Assembly (NCBI RefSeq): GCF_035084215.1
Contig: NW_027139442.1
Span: forward strand, 1,054,001 to 1,118,000
Reading direction: 5' to 3'
Length of the DNA stretch: 64,000 bases
Source of the DNA: Heptranchias perlo
Taxonomy: Eukaryota
The notes below the pieces were generated by a model. The model was not told the DNA's origin. It saw only the letters and a program-made list of their open reading frames with translations, and searched no databases. Every line of letters begins with the position of its first letter. Positions within the stretch are counted from its first letter, which is position 1. This document shows positions 1-13,384 of this stretch, one piece after another. The position numbers were made by a program, and so were the translations under genes.

Positions 1-744
1 CAATGTCTGTCACTTTACATTAAAATGCAGCTACCTGGTGTCTGCCCAATGCAGCCAAGGTGCCTGTATCATTCTTGAATTTATTTTATCATTTTCCTCA
101 CAGTTTAAAAAACCCTGCTTTTGTTTTGGAGCATATTTGGAGATTGGGCTCTGTCACCGTAAGTCCAAATCATCTCTACTTACTGGTTATAAGAGTTTCT
201 CCACAAATGAACAAAGAGCCACTGGTCTTTAAGTGTCCAATTGATTCCCCTCTCCCTCCCACAGCAAAAACAACATACTGATTTCATACCAGGACACCAC
301 AATGTCAGAACACAGGGGCTTTTTATCAATCAGCCCGAGGGAGCAGAGATTTCACAGACCGGATGGCAAGAAGTGAAACAGGACCTAGCCATAGATAATA
401 TCTAATAAAGCTTCATCCTAGTCATTAGCCCCAGAGAACAATAAAATGGATTATAATCAAAGAGATAAAAGAGAAATAACTAATAAAACGTTGTCATAAT
501 CACTGCAGCTGGTCTCATCTTTGAGACTGGCTAAAGACTGCCTCACAGTTGTACCAACGTATTTCAATGCCTCTCGATAAACGCAGTTAAGTTTTTCCAA
601 CAAAATTGATTTCCAAGAGTATTTGCCAAGTCTGTCAATTATATAAATCTCTTTCTGGTACAAGAATTTTAGCCCATAAATTACATTTGTTCCCACAGTG
701 GACAACTAATGAACACATTTCAATAAAAGTCAACAACAACTCGC

Positions 745-2580
745 ATTCACAGTCCGCCTTTAATTTAATAAACATTCCCAAGGGGCTTCACAGAGGCATG
801 AGGAACAACAGGCACAAGAAGAATAAGAAGATATCAGGAGAAGTGATGAAAACCTCGGTCAAAGAGTGGGTTTAAGGGGGCTGTAAGAAATGGAAATGGA
901 GAGACGGAGGAGATAAAGAAGGATTTCCGAGAGCAGAGTTTATTTGTCTGAAGGAATGGCCACCAATGGTGGAATGAAGAGAGTGCAGGATGGTAAAATA
1001 TAACAATAATTACTTGTATTTATATAACGCATTTAACATAGATAAATATCCAAAGGCGCTTCACAGAGGTATTAACAGACAAATATGGACCCTCGGCCAA
1101 AGAAGGGGATATTAGGAGGGAATAGAAAAGGTTGTCGCAAGAGATGGGTTTCATGGAATGTCTGAAAGAAAGAAATAACTTGGAATCACATAGCGCCTTT
1201 TCCGACCTCAGGACGTTCCAAAGCGCTTTACAGACAATGAATTATATTTGAAATGTAGCCATTGTTGTAATGTAGGTAACGTGGCAATTTACTCACAGAA
1301 AGCTCCCACCAACAGGAATGAGATAATGACAAGATAATCTGTTTCAGTGAAGTTTGTTGAGGAATGGGTATTGGCCAGGACACCAGGGAGTACTCTCCTG
1401 CTCTTCTTTAAATATTGCCCTGGGATCTTTTACATCCACCTGAGAAGGCAGAATTGTTCTCAGTTTAACATCTCATTGGAAAGACGGCATCTCCGACAGT
1501 ACAGCGCTTCCTCAGTACTGAACTGTAGTATCAGCCTGGATTATATGTTCAAGTCTGTGGAATGTGACTCAAACTCACAACCTTCCGAGTCAGAGGCGAA
1601 CTGCTACCACTGAACTGCGTCTGACAACTGAGAGGGGGAGAGGGAGATGGAGGGGCTTAGGGAGGGCATTTTGGAGCATGCATATGGCGGTCAAAAGTAG
1701 GGCCAATGGACTATAGATGCACATGCGGCCAAAGGTGGAGGAGCTGAGTGTTTGGGAAGGGCAGTAAGGCTAGAAGAGGTTACAGAGATCAGGAGGGATG
1801 AGGAGCTAAGGATTTAATTTCAAGGAAGAATAAAAAGGCTTCGGAGACTGGAAGCCGATGCAGGTCTGTAATGCAATCGTTGGCCAGGATATGGAGGTCG
1901 TGGGTCAAAGTTCATGACTTCTCAATTTGAAACTGGAGGAAATTGATGCACAACTACCACAGCATATTGCTCTGACAGCACAAAGACATTGGAAGGGTCA
2001 AGAGAGGCGGTGCTTTTGTCAGCGAACATCTGAAAGCTGGTCCATGTCTGCGGACAATGTCACCAAAGGGCAGCATGTATATGAGGAAGAGGAGGGAGCA
2101 AAGGATTGAACCTTTAGAGACAACCGATATAAAAGTGATAGGGTGGGAAGAGAAGTTTCTCCTGGCTATGATCAGATAGGTGAATGGAACCAAGTGAGGG
2201 TAGTCCCACCAAAAGAGGTCAGTGATCGATGAATGAGGAGGTCACGGATGGGTTTACTGTAAGTGTAAAGGAGAAGGCGGAGATTGAGAGTGGTCGGCCA
2301 TGGAGGGATTTAAACCACAGGAAGAACATTTTAAATATTAGGCGATGGGGAATTGGGCGTCAGTGAGTGTCAGTGAGGCCGAACAGGACCTGGTGCCGGT
2401 TGGAAGGGAGACGTTGGGTGGTAGACCAGGAGTTTATTTAAGGAATGGAGTCTGGAGGGGACAGAGGCATTGATGAGGGTTCCAATGGCAATGGGGTGAG
2501 GAAGGAATGGAGGCGAGTGAGGGAAGCACGAGGTCTTTGAGATGGAGATCAAATTGGGTCATGAGCTCAGCTCGGGGTTA
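745..2580 (-). mobile_element. Decayed L2-like LINE fragments, interrupted by a SINE
   Basis: Purine-rich decayed RT-like sequence with repeated 'caaggcgcttcacagag'-type tail motifs near 780 and 1050, resembling reverse-complemented L2 3' ends. No intact ORF; boundaries approximate. Confidence 0.5.
1177..1622 (-). mobile_element. Deu-domain tRNA-derived SINE (SacSINE1-like)
   Basis: On the minus strand a tRNA-like head (cagtggtagc...gtttgagtc) precedes the Deu-type core. Plus-strand landmarks: gggatcttttacatccacctgag, gaaagacggcatctccgacag, and tail tagcgccttt...caaagcgctttacag. Confidence 0.75.
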
Positions 2581-3064
2581 CACGCGAGCAATTTTACTGA
2601 AGCCGTCAAACAGTGTAGAATAAATGGGTAAACATCTGCAGAAAAAAACGGAGAGGTGAATGGCAATGAAGCTCGTTCAGTGTCCGACCCCTGATATCAC
2701 ACACAGTCATTTCTCGGCTGCAATCCTCAACGTGGCATTTAACTGTCCCCGTGTCAGAGACACAAAATTCATATTAAAACTGGGAAACTGCAGGAACAGT
2801 GTGAAACGGGTTTGCTTGCGTCCCTGGATTCAATGCACAATGTGGAGAAATCTGTAACATTGATAAATGAATCGGCAGGAGAGAACAAGGTCAATACAAT
2901 TATATGAAAACTGTAAATGAAGCCGCTCATTGTTGTTGGACCAGTCCTTTCTGAGCACAGCTTTTAACTTTATTCCTGAGAGAGGTCTCATTAAGACAAG
3001 GTTCTGAACTTTGAGATGTTTGTGATATATCCATGTCATTATTTACATTGGAGAAAAAGCTGCT

Positions 3065-3151
3065 GACGTAATGTGTTTGTTCAGGTGACTGTAACTAATA
3101 GCAATGATCAGGGGTCTTACCGTGTCAGTGGAGATTTATCCCCTGTATAAA
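3065..3151 (+). promoter_or_regulatory. Candidate GPCR promoter (CRE-like TGACGTAA and TATA box)
   Basis: TGACGTAA at 3065-3072 and TATAAA at 3146-3151, about 90 bp upstream of ATG 3236. Confidence 0.4.
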
Positions 3152-3235
3152 TCAGGCTTGTTGCAATGTATCGGCGCAGAGTTCCTGCCGGAGCTGCGGT
3201 TTTCAGTTCAACAGAAATTGCTGCTTCTCACAGGA

Positions 3236-3305
3236 ATGGGATATCCAGTGATGTATCAGATAGAACGCATTTACTATCCTGCTCTTGCAGTCATTGGAGT
3301 TCCGG
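3236..3305 (+). CDS. GPR139/GPR142-like class A GPCR, coding exon 1
   Basis: ATG 3236 gives MGYPVMYQIERIYYPALAVIGVP, then donor G|GTAAG at 3306 (phase 1), joining exon 2 in frame to read GVPVNLVAIVILSRGKCGL. Confidence 0.9.
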
Positions 3306-5842
3306 GTAAGCCGTTAACTCATCTGTGAATAATGTAAATCGGTGTTAACTGTGCTGCTGTACTTGGCAAATTATTTTTCTCCCACCATATTTTACGCAGC
3401 CAGCCGTTATCTTATATCAGTTGAATGATGGAATGTTTAAAGTCTCTGCTCTTTCGGTCTAGTAGGAGCTGCATTATATCGGTAATGAACTTTGTCTATC
3501 CAACCCTGGCACGGTTACTCGACTGTCCTTTGTACTGTTGAATAATGGTGTGTCCTTAACTTCAAAACGTCCAGTCTTGTAGCAGCTGCATTATATCTGT
3601 TATTATCTTTACATATCCAACACAAGCATTGTTACTGGATTGTTCTCTGCACTGAATTTATTGTGGAATAATGGTCTATCCTTCGGTCCTGCAGCAATTG
3701 CCTTATTTCTGCCGTGAACATTGTTTATCCAACCCTGGCATTGTTACGTGATTATTCACTGTACTGAATGCATTGGAATCAGGTGTGTGGGTTAAGAGCT
3801 GGCGTCAGACCAACAGGAACCGTAACAGTTTCATGTTGTGAAATATATTTCCATAAATGTGTTTTCAGTGATTGATAATGAGACAACTCACGATCTCAGT
3901 ATTGCAAAGAAGCAGCGCAATGACCTCCCTCCACAATAACATGGTTCATTTTAACTGGGATTTCAATGTACTTATTGGTTATCACTGCTATTAAATATTT
4001 CGTTATGTGTGTGACTGTTGCAGCTCCAGGTGTCTGTTTACTGAACTGAGTTTGTTGCTGATTCTTTCACATCTCATTCTCTGCTTCACCGAGGATGAAT
4101 TCACTGTAAATTACAATGTTTTGTGGTTATGTTGTCTCAGTTTGTACTTTATCTGTTGGAATCAGGAGCCCTTCCATTTATCTGTAGATTATAAGCAGCA
4201 GCGGTGATGTTGGCGTTTTGTTAATTGAACAATGCCGCCATCTAACGCTGTGCTTTGTAATTACAGGAGAAGGAATTTCAATTATTGTGAGGTGTGTTTG
4301 GAAGAGGAATTCGATTCTGTTTATTCCATGCATTGTTGATTAAGTGAACAGTGTAGGTGAACAGATGGAGACTTGGATGATCTGAAGAAGCCATTAAACT
4401 ATCACAGAGGCTTCACCATTTAACAAACTGACACTAAGAATAGGATCGTTGGAACACGGCGCTGGTGAAAAGAAAGCAGGCGCACGAAGTTAGGATTTAC
4501 TCGGATGTGAAAAGTGGCATTGAGAAAGAGAGCAGAGACAGTACGGAGAGTTGGAGAGGAGAGTTAGAGTGCGCGACTTAGATGGAAAACGAAAGGGAGG
4601 GGGAGAAGGAACGAGAGGAATAGAGAGAGACAGAGAGAGATACATAGTCAATGAGGGAGAGAGAGATCGAGCGAGACACACACACAATGGGACAAAGGGG
4701 GAGAGAGACAGAGAGACAGCGATGTGAATAATTCAACGGAATGAATTACTGAAACTTCCAGTACAATTATGAAGAGGAAATGTGATTTGAAGGTGTTATT
4801 AGGATGTTGTCAGATTGTGAGAGTTTTATTGTACTCGGGTGTGTTTATCACTATCAGGTCCTCAGTCTGTTTATGTGAATATTCCTTTTACTTGCTTACT
4901 GACTGAATAAATAAACAAAACTGAAATGTATTTGAAGAATAAAATCAGTGATTTCTTGATCGCATTGAATTATTAGGATGCTATATTCTAGAAGCCATGT
5001 GCCAGCTTCAAAGGACGAGGTTAATTTAATAATTGCATTTTAATTTAATTTTAATTGAATGTGCAAAGTAAATTTATTGGAAACATTGTGTAACTAACGA
5101 GCTGCTCTCTGACACAAAAACACAAAAATTAAAATTTGAATTCATTAATTTCATTCTGTTGCTGGGACCTATAGATTCGATTGCCTCTAACACTCTGCTG
5201 CAGTCTCTCCCGGTGAATCCCAGCCTCTCCTCCCACTTCATTGAATTCTCTGCCTCCTTATTCATTCCTTCATTACATCCGCTTTCCAAAACCATGTGAT
5301 CCTGGCTCCCCTCCAGTTCTGATGCCATTTTCCTTGTTTCCCTCCCAATCTCACTCACTGGCTCGGCCTCCAGCAGCCTCTACCAATCCGATCCGAAGCC
5401 TCAAACTCACCGTCTTGTGCCAGCCCCTGTCGGCTCTCTTCAACCAGAGCAACAAACCAGAAGCAAATCCCCCTGTCCCCTCACCTTCCCGGCTCTCGTT
5501 CACGTTACCGTCCATCTGGAGACCAAATTCGGATTTAACCTGTCGGATTCACGGTCCGTAAAATCCCTTCTCCCTTCACGACCGGCTCTGCGCCCTCTCT
5601 CGTCTCTTCCAGTGGCTCCGGTGCTCACTTTATTCACTTTCTGTATTAATTTCCGAATTCATTGTTTATAATTGTGTTTGAAAACATTTATCTGTCCGAA
5701 AGCGCTGCCCAGGTGAAGGAATCAGTTCCCACCGTTTGATGCAGCAAAAAAGCTGGAAATTTTACCCTAGACCCTGTCAAACTGATGCTTTGACTCCAGG
5801 TCTGATCAGTAATTTCTCTGCTTCCGTTTCTCTGTCTTACAG

Positions 5843-6732
5843 TTAACTTGGTGGCGATTGTGATCCTGTCCCGAGGAAAGTGCGGACTCACCAAATGTAT
5901 CACTCGCTACCTGGTGGGAATGGCGGCGGCCGATCTCCTGGTCGTTATCACTGATGTTATATTGAGGGCAATTGTTAGCATTTATTTCCCAGTTTCATTC
6001 TTGAACATTACCCCCGTGTGCCGTCTCATTGTCACCCTGACTTTTTCAGCTGCAGCGGCCTCTGTCTGGTTCACAGTGGTTTTCACCTTTGATCGATTTG
6101 TGGCCATTTCTTGTCAGAAGCTGAAAACAAAATATTGCACCGAGAAAACGGCGGCTGTTGTTATCGGCGTGGTGAGTGCGCTTAGCTGTTTACTAAACAT
6201 TCCCTGGTACTTTGTGTTTGACCCGGAATATATAATGGACAATGTGACCCGGGGTTGTGTCGTGAAGCCGACCTTATTCACTTCACCCGCTTGGGCAGCT
6301 TTTGACTTGTGTAATCTTGTGTTAATGCCTTGTCTCCCATTCATTCTGATTTTGCTGTTCAATGTTCTCACTGCCAGGCACATTTTAGCGGCCAGTAGAG
6401 TCCGCAGGGGACTCCGGGGCCGCAGCAATGGAGAGAATCACAGGGATCCAGAGATGGAGAACCGAAGGAAATCCATCATTTTACTCTTCAGTGTATCAGG
6501 CAGTTTTATATTATTATGGAGCACATTCGTTTTCTTTGTTATCTCTCTGCGTGCAACAAACGTCCAGTACGATATGGTCAGTGACATTGAGTCAGCCGCA
6601 TTCATGCTTCAGCTTCTCAGTTCCTGCACCAACACATGTATTTATGCTGTGACCCAGACTAAATTCAGAGAGGAGCTGAAGAATGGGGTGAAATACCCAT
6701 TGAATCTGATTGTTACATTAGTTAAATCGTAG
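5843..6732 (+). CDS. GPR139/GPR142-like class A GPCR, coding exon 2 (319 aa spliced)
   Basis: Polypyrimidine tract and CAG acceptor ending 5842. Hydrophobic TM segments, LVGMAAADLLV (TM2), FTFDRFVAI (DRY-like), NTCIY (NPxxY position). AATAAA at 7066. Confidence 0.92.
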
Positions 6733-7849
6733 AAACGTCTCAAGACTTTTCATCCGAAATTACATAAAAAGTCAATGAGAGTGGATTTTCCGGTTTGGCG
6801 GTGGAGTAAGTCGGCGGTAGCGGATCGGGCGCCCGTTGTTCACTGTGCCTGATTTTACTATCGATTGACATCAATGAGTTCACTAAAGTAACTGATATCA
6901 ATCCAATACTTTAAATAAATTTGGAAATACCAGGAAGGAATTATATTTTACCCGACAAATGCGGTGTTGTGAAATGATACAAGATGTGATTCTGACATGA
7001 AATGGTTTGCTATTATTAATCTGGAAATAATATGATTTCAATATTAAATGTTTAATCCTGAAATGAATAAAATCAAATCCTCCTTTTCGGTTGATGATTA
7101 TTTCCCATCACACACACTGCCCGGTGCGATGGACTGAGGGTGAGCTGTCAGGGTCAGACAGCGTCCTGTTCATTGGGACATTTGTTTTGACCAGAACAGA
7201 ATAATAATGGACCAACACCCGGACCGTTACTAACTGGTGAAATATTAATGAAATTTCAAACTCCAGTGGGGAGTTCCGGAGATCGTTTCCTCTCTGAACT
7301 GCTGTGCAGCAATGTTTACTCACTGCAGGGCTGGGCCTGGTTACACAGATCTATAAGGAAACCTCCTGATACATTTCTGAGACGATCAGGGGCCGGGAGA
7401 TTTCTCACGACAGAAGCAGGCCAAGGGAAAGCTCTCCTGCTCCTCCTTGTCCCACAAAATATGAGTTAAAAAGAAACTTCTCGGTGTTCTGGATCACTCA
7501 ATGCCCATCGAAAGGGCGGCTCCACCATCCATTTGTGCCCAACATTAAATGGTGTCCCGTGTACGTCATCATACTCATATTTACATATTACACGTGGCCT
7601 GACCGGAAACAGGTGGGTGTTGCTCTGGCCGCTCTTCTCATGACCCTACCCACGATGGTGGAGGCAGGAACGCCAGCGTTAAAGGGGCGGTAAGTCACTT
7701 GGCACCATTTACTAGCCTCATCCACCCCATTTCCGCCAGGTGGGATACTTAAAATCGGCCACACCTTTCCTGACCTACGCTCTAGAATCAATCTTCGAAG
7801 CCCAAAAGCTGGTCCATTTTCTCAAACTGCATCGGTTCATAACACGTGG

Positions 7850-7976
7850 AGGGAAATTTTCACCATCGCTGGGGAATGAACTGGAAGAGCGGATCACTCG
7901 CCCATTATAGAACCGGCCGATTTTAATTTCTACTCCGTCAGTTTACCGCCCAAGCAGTGAAGGTGAAATTATCCCC
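7850..7976. mobile_element. Short MITE-like element with imperfect terminal inverted repeats
   Basis: gggaaattttcacc at the left end versus ggtgaaattatccc at the right end. Confidence 0.45.
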
Positions 7977-8129
7977 AACGTCTCTGACCCCAAGGTTCGG
8001 CAGATGTGTTAAAGACATCAGACAGTGTTTGCCAAACACGAACATGAATGTGGGCGAATGGATCCGTGTATTCGGGTAAAAGGTGATAACCCACCTCCAC
8101 GGAGACTGGACCCCTATACCGTGGATTCA

Positions 8130-8590
8130 AAGCGGAATTCATCCCCAACAGCTCGGTAACACAGGACGCTGTGCTCTATGGGCATTTGTCCAAGATGCAC
8201 AACGAGATAGATATCAACTGCTGCTGGAAGACCATCAATTCAGTCAAGGATGCCCTTTGTTCCCCCGAAACCTGCTGGTCTTCCAGTCGAGGGAACTGTC
8301 CGCGGTTAAGTGTTGGCCACTGGCACACTCCAAGGTCCAGTATTTCATGCTGAGGTGCACACTGAAGCGAGGTGTGGCCTACACAAAGGCTTTATGGGGA
8401 AAGGCAACCGTGTAAGGCTATCCCACCTTGTATTGTACAGCATGTGTTAGAAGATATGTACTTTGTTTTGAATTCTAATAATGGAATCGTATGATGTGTA
8501 TTGTATTTGTTTTGAATTGTAATTGCAATATTTACATTGAACTGTGTGTATCCATGAATTTTATGAAATAAAGTATATTTTAAAATATTT
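8130..8590 (+). mobile_element. 3' end of a Tx1/L1-clade LINE (ORF2 C-terminus and 3' UTR)
   Basis: Frameshifted reading SVTQDAVLYG...INCCWKTINSVKDAL / RNLLVFQSRELSAVKCWPLAHSKVQ...KALWGKATV*, then an AT-rich UTR ending AATAAA. Confidence 0.65.
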
Positions 8591-9149
8591 TTTAAAAGTT
8601 CCAGTCTCACTATGTATCTTCTTATTGGACACTGAAGAGTGGAAACAGACACGAATCGTAAAGATGTGGGAATTGATACAAACATCATTTATTGCAGGCA
8701 TCAGGTGAGAAAAAGGGAGTATTTTCTTAATGGTGAGAAAATAGGGACTGTGGAGGAACGGAGGGGTTTGGGTGTCCAGGTACACCAAGCAATAAAATTA
8801 AGTGCACAAGTGTAAAAAAAGAATGAAAGATTCCAATTTCTAGGCTGTCATATCCCAAGGTAGCGCTATCAGGTGCTTAGCCAACTCTCTGGAATTTGCT
8901 GCTACAATCAGGCCCCACTGCCTCCCTCGCTGGTCCATTCCATACAGCCAGCAAACTCTGCATTAAAAAAATTACGTTCAATCATTCTGCTCATCCAGTG
9001 CCCCAGGTAAAGAAGTCTAATAGTGGCGGGAGGACCCAGACCATTCGCCTTATGTGACTTTGGACATTTCTGTTTTCAATTCAGATTATTGAATTTGCAA
9101 TTTTTTCACTTTTTTGTACATTTCTATTTTTATTTTTGAACAAATTATC

Positions 9150-9830
9150 CAAACCCTGTGCGCAGTGAGTGCTGACTCCGGGCCCTTTGACAGCTCTCAC
9201 CTCAGCCCGTCTGCGTCGTGGGCTGACTCCTCCTATCACGTGACATGCGGTACCGTCTCTCACCTTTGCGCGCTGACATCGCGATGCGAATATGCATCTC
9301 CGGCCCGAGGGACGCCGCGCTTGCACCGCACAGTCCCTGTGCCGCGTTCCCTTAGTAACAGGCGCCTGCCGGGAGGATGATTATGGCGGCCTCGGGTCGG
9401 CTGGCGAGCGGCCGCTGCTGTGGGCGGGGCGAGACCGACAGAGGGAGGGTCGTCACCTGGAAGTGGCCTGGGCCCCGGGGCCTTGGAATGGCGCAGTGAG
9501 GGCGGCCCGAGCTACAGCTCCTCCGACTTCAGGCCCGAGCAGCGTTAATGGAGTCGCAATCCAGGGGACGGAGGGACCGACACCCCGGGACGGTGGGACC
9601 GAGACCCCGGGATGGAGGGACCGCGATCCTGGGACAGCGGGGCGTCGACTCCGGGATCGAGAAACCGCGACCCCAGGGATGGAGGGACCGCGACCCGGGG
9701 ATGGTGGGACCGTGACCACGGAAGGATGGGACCGTGACCCTGGGACAGATGGACCATGACCCCAGGATGCAGGGGCCGTGACCCCGGGATGGATGGACCG
9801 CGACCCCAGGAGGGAGGTGGTCTTTGAAAC
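9150..9830 (+). promoter_or_regulatory. CpG island with E-box and a candidate first exon
   Basis: CpG-dense; TCACGTGAC at 9236-9244, ATGGCGGC (YY1-like) at 9383, candidate donor CA|GTGAGG at 9496. Confidence 0.55.
9574..9810. repeat. GC-rich minisatellite, about 21-bp unit (gggaccgcgaccccgggatgg)
   Basis: About 10 degenerate tandem copies. Confidence 0.85.
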
Positions 9831-10137
9831 CGTCCATGCTCTGTTGTGAGATCTCTGTGTGTGTCTTGTTCTGTTCCTGTTCTATTACATTAGCTCCCGC
9901 CATGGCAATGCATCGATTTTAAAATTCTCATCCTCGTGTTCAAGTCCCTCCATGGCCCTCACTCCCTCCCTATCTCTGTCACCTCTTCCAGCCCTACAAT
10001 TCTCATGTTCAAATCCCTCCATGACCCTAACCTCCTCCAACCGATTTAATCTCCACCGACAACCAAAAGTCTCGCCACCCTGTCATGGATTCGACCCCAC
10101 CCATAGACTTCCTCCTGCACCAATGTGCACCCTGCGC

Positions 10138-10352
10138 TCAGTGCTCGGACACTCAGTCCTGTAAAGCACAGTCAGTGCTGGGACATTCAATCCTGTTATA
10201 CACACCCTCAGTGCTGGGACACTCAGTCCTGTTATATACAGAGTCAGTGCTGGGACAGTCAGTCCTCTTATAGACACAGTCAGTGCTGGGACACTCAGTC
10301 CTGTTATACACACAGTCAGTGCTGGGACACTCAGTCCTGTTATATACAGTCA
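10138..10352. repeat. Minisatellite, about 36-38-bp unit (cagtcagtgctgggacactcagtcctgttatacaca)
   Basis: About 6 near-identical tandem copies. Confidence 0.9.
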
Positions 10353-10359
10353 GATAAAT

Positions 10360-11660
10360 AAATAACTGCAAAAGAAGAATGAAATCTCCAGGATCTGACG
10401 GTTTCCACCCCAGGGAATGGAAGGAAACAGGTGGGGAAATTGCAGATGCATTAGTCATAATTTCCAAAGCTCTCCAGACTCAGGAATTGTGCGTTTGAAA
10501 ATGTCACTCCGTTATTTAAGAAAGGAGGGAGGGAGAAACCAGGAAAATACAGACCTGTCATTTTAACGTCGGTTGTGGGGAACTTACTTAAATCTATCAT
10601 GAGAGACAAAATGAGCTGGTTAAAGAGAGTCAACTTGGATTTGTGAAGGGCAGATCATGTCTGACTAATTTAGTTGGATTTGTTGAGGAAACTAACAAGG
10701 TGGACATGGGAGTGTCTATGAAGGTTTTCTATATGGACTTATATAATACATTTGAAAAGGTTCAGCACAAGAGATTAATAGAATAAATAAAAGGCACAAA
10801 ATTGAAAGTGACTTTGTGACTTGGGTTGGAATTGGTTGGGAGGTCGGCGAAAAGAGTAGGGAGAAAGTGAATGTTCTTTGATTGGCGGCATATGACAAGT
10901 GGTGTCCCCAGGGATCTGTGCTGGGGCCTCAGCTTTTCACCATATTTATCAATAACTTGGATGAAACAATAGAGAGTTATAGGTCCAATTTCCAGATGAC
11001 ACTAAGTTAGGAGGCACAGTACGTCGTGTAGATAGGAGCAGGAATTTACAAGGGGAAAGTTTAAGTGAATGTGAAAACTGTGGCAGATGGAGTTCAATGT
11101 GGGGAAGTGTGAGATCATTCAATATGGATGCAAAAAGGAAACATTGGAGTATTTTCTTGAAGTGAGAGACTGGAAATGGTGGAGGAGCAAAGGGATTTGG
11201 GTGTCCATTTACACAAATCACTAAAGGCTAGTGCACAGATACAAAAAGCAATCACATACTAATGGCCTTTATCTTCGGGGCTGGAATACAAAGGGAAGGA
11301 AGTGGTGCTTCTGTTCGACAGAGCCTTGGTCAGAGCCCATCTGGAGTACTGATCCTCACCAAGGATATATTGGCCTTGGAGGGGAGACAGTGCAGATTCA
11401 CCAGAATGATACTGGGGCTTGAAGTGTTCAATTATGAGGACCGGTTGCATAAACTTGGTTTTGCATTCCCCTGAGTTTATAAGTTTGAGGGGTGATCTGA
11501 ACCAGTGATTTAAAGTAATAAAGGGATTCGATATGGTAGAAATAGAAACTACTTTCTCTAGTGGGAGAATCCAGAGCAAGAGGACATAACCTTAAATTTA
11601 GAGCTAGGGTGTCTAGGATTGAAATCATTAAGCTCTTTTTCACACAAGGATAGTGGAAAC
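10360..11660 (+). mobile_element. Decayed CR1 LINE RT region
   Basis: Colinear with ORF2 of the intact element (KSPGxDG, NVTPLFKKG, SGVPQGSVLGP, DDTK), with many stops and indels. Confidence 0.85.
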
Positions 11661-12005
11661 CTGCTCAGGCTGATTGAAGTGGACACTGTGAGATAATAGA
11701 ATTTTCTGTCCTGTCAGACTTGGACATATTGTAGATCCACCTTTTAAAAAGGTGGAGGAGCTCAGTACGAAGATGTATTCCACTCACGTCGTCATAAGTC
11801 CTCTAACTGTTTCTTTTATCGTCGAGATATGAAGGTCTATAAACACTGTGTTTAAAAGAAAGCTGATTTATTTGACACTTGTACAGAATACTAAACTCCA
11901 GCCCAGTTAAAGTGGGTCATTAACATCAGAAACAAACTCCAACTGTCAGAATGAACGTGGTTTTGTCCTGGATACAGCAATAACAGCAGAATCCATCTCC
12001 TGCAG

Positions 12006-12932
12006 TCACATGTGAACTCGCTGGTGACTCAGCAGGTGGGATGACTGAGTGAATCCCATTCCACACACGGAACAGGTGATCGGCCTCTCCTCAATGTGAA
12101 TACGTTCATGTCTCATCAGATCCCATGTTCTTTTAAAGCTCTTCTCACAGTTAGAACATTTAAAGTGTCTCTTATCAGTGTGAACAAGTCGATGTTCAAT
12201 GTGGCTGGATGAACAAGTGAATTCCTTCCCACACACAGAGCAGGTGAATGGCCTTTCCCCAGTGTGAACTCGTTAGTGTGTCAGCAGGGTGGATGACTGA
12301 GTGAAGCTCTTCCCACACACGGAGCAGATGAACGGCCTCTCCCCAGTGTGGACTCGCTGGTGTGTCAGCAGGGTGGATGACTGAGCGAATCCCTTCCCGC
12401 ACAGGGAGCAGGTGAATGGCCTCTCCACGATGTGAACTTGCTGATGTCTCAGGAGGTGGGAATATCGAGTGAATCGCTTCCCACAAACAGAGCAGGTGAA
12501 CGGCCTCTCCCCAGTGTGGACTCGCTGGTGTGTCAGTCAGCTGGATGACCGAGTGAATCCCCTCCCACACACGGGGCAGGTGAACGGCCTCTCCCAAGTG
12601 TGAGTGCGTTGGTGTGTCAGCAGATCACTTTTTGTTTTAAAGCTCTTCTCACAGACAGAACATTTAAAAAGACACTTATCAGTGTGAACAAGTTGATGTT
12701 CAATGAGGTGGGAAGATTGAGTGAATCCGCTCCCACACATGGAGCAGTTGAACGGCCTCTCCCCAGTGTGAATTCGCTGGTGTGTCAGCAGGTTGGATGA
12801 CTGAATGAATCCCTTCCCACACGCGGAGCAGGTGAACGGCCTCTCCCCAGTGTGTCTGTGTCGATGAGTTTCCAGCCGGGACGAGTAACTGAATCCCCTC
12901 CCACAGTCCCCACATTTCCACGGTTTCACCAT
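12006..12932 (-). pseudogene. C2H2 zinc-finger gene, 11 fingers, two in-frame stops
   Basis: One frame from MVKPWKCGDCG to ...HQRVHM with TGERPF-type linkers. TGA at 12537-12539 (finger 5) and TAA at 12273-12275 (finger 8). Confidence 0.88.
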
Positions 12933-13129
12933 GGTGCGGGCGTCCTCGTGTCTCTCCAGGTTGGACGTTCAGTGGAAGTCTCGTCTGCACAGAGAACATT
13001 TGTCTGGTTTCCCCCAGACTGTAAATCCCCGTCCCACACAATTGCCCTCCTCCCTCTGCTGAAACCCAAACCCATCGCACCACTTCCAACAATTTTCCTT
13101 CTATTTAATTTTTCTCTCTTGAAGATTCC

Positions 13130-13300
13130 AACTCGGAGTAGGTTCAGTTCTACACTCACTGGTCCCACACCCTCTCTTCCCCTGAAGGTGCTGACTCTGG
13201 CTGGGTTCAGTTCTAAACTCACTGGTTCCGCTCCCTCTCCTCCCCTGAAGGTGCTGACACTGGTTGGATTCAGTTCTGCACTCTCTGGTTCCCCTCTCCT
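13130..13300. repeat. Tandem repeat, about 63-bp unit, about 3 copies
   Basis: ggttcagttctacactcactggt-like motif at about 13141, 13204 and 13267. Confidence 0.8.
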
Positions 13301-13384
13301 CTCCTGAGATGCTCACTCTTGCTGTGTGTATATGGTCTGGCCCTCATTTCGACACTATGTCCCTCCCTCTTGCTGGCGACGGAA

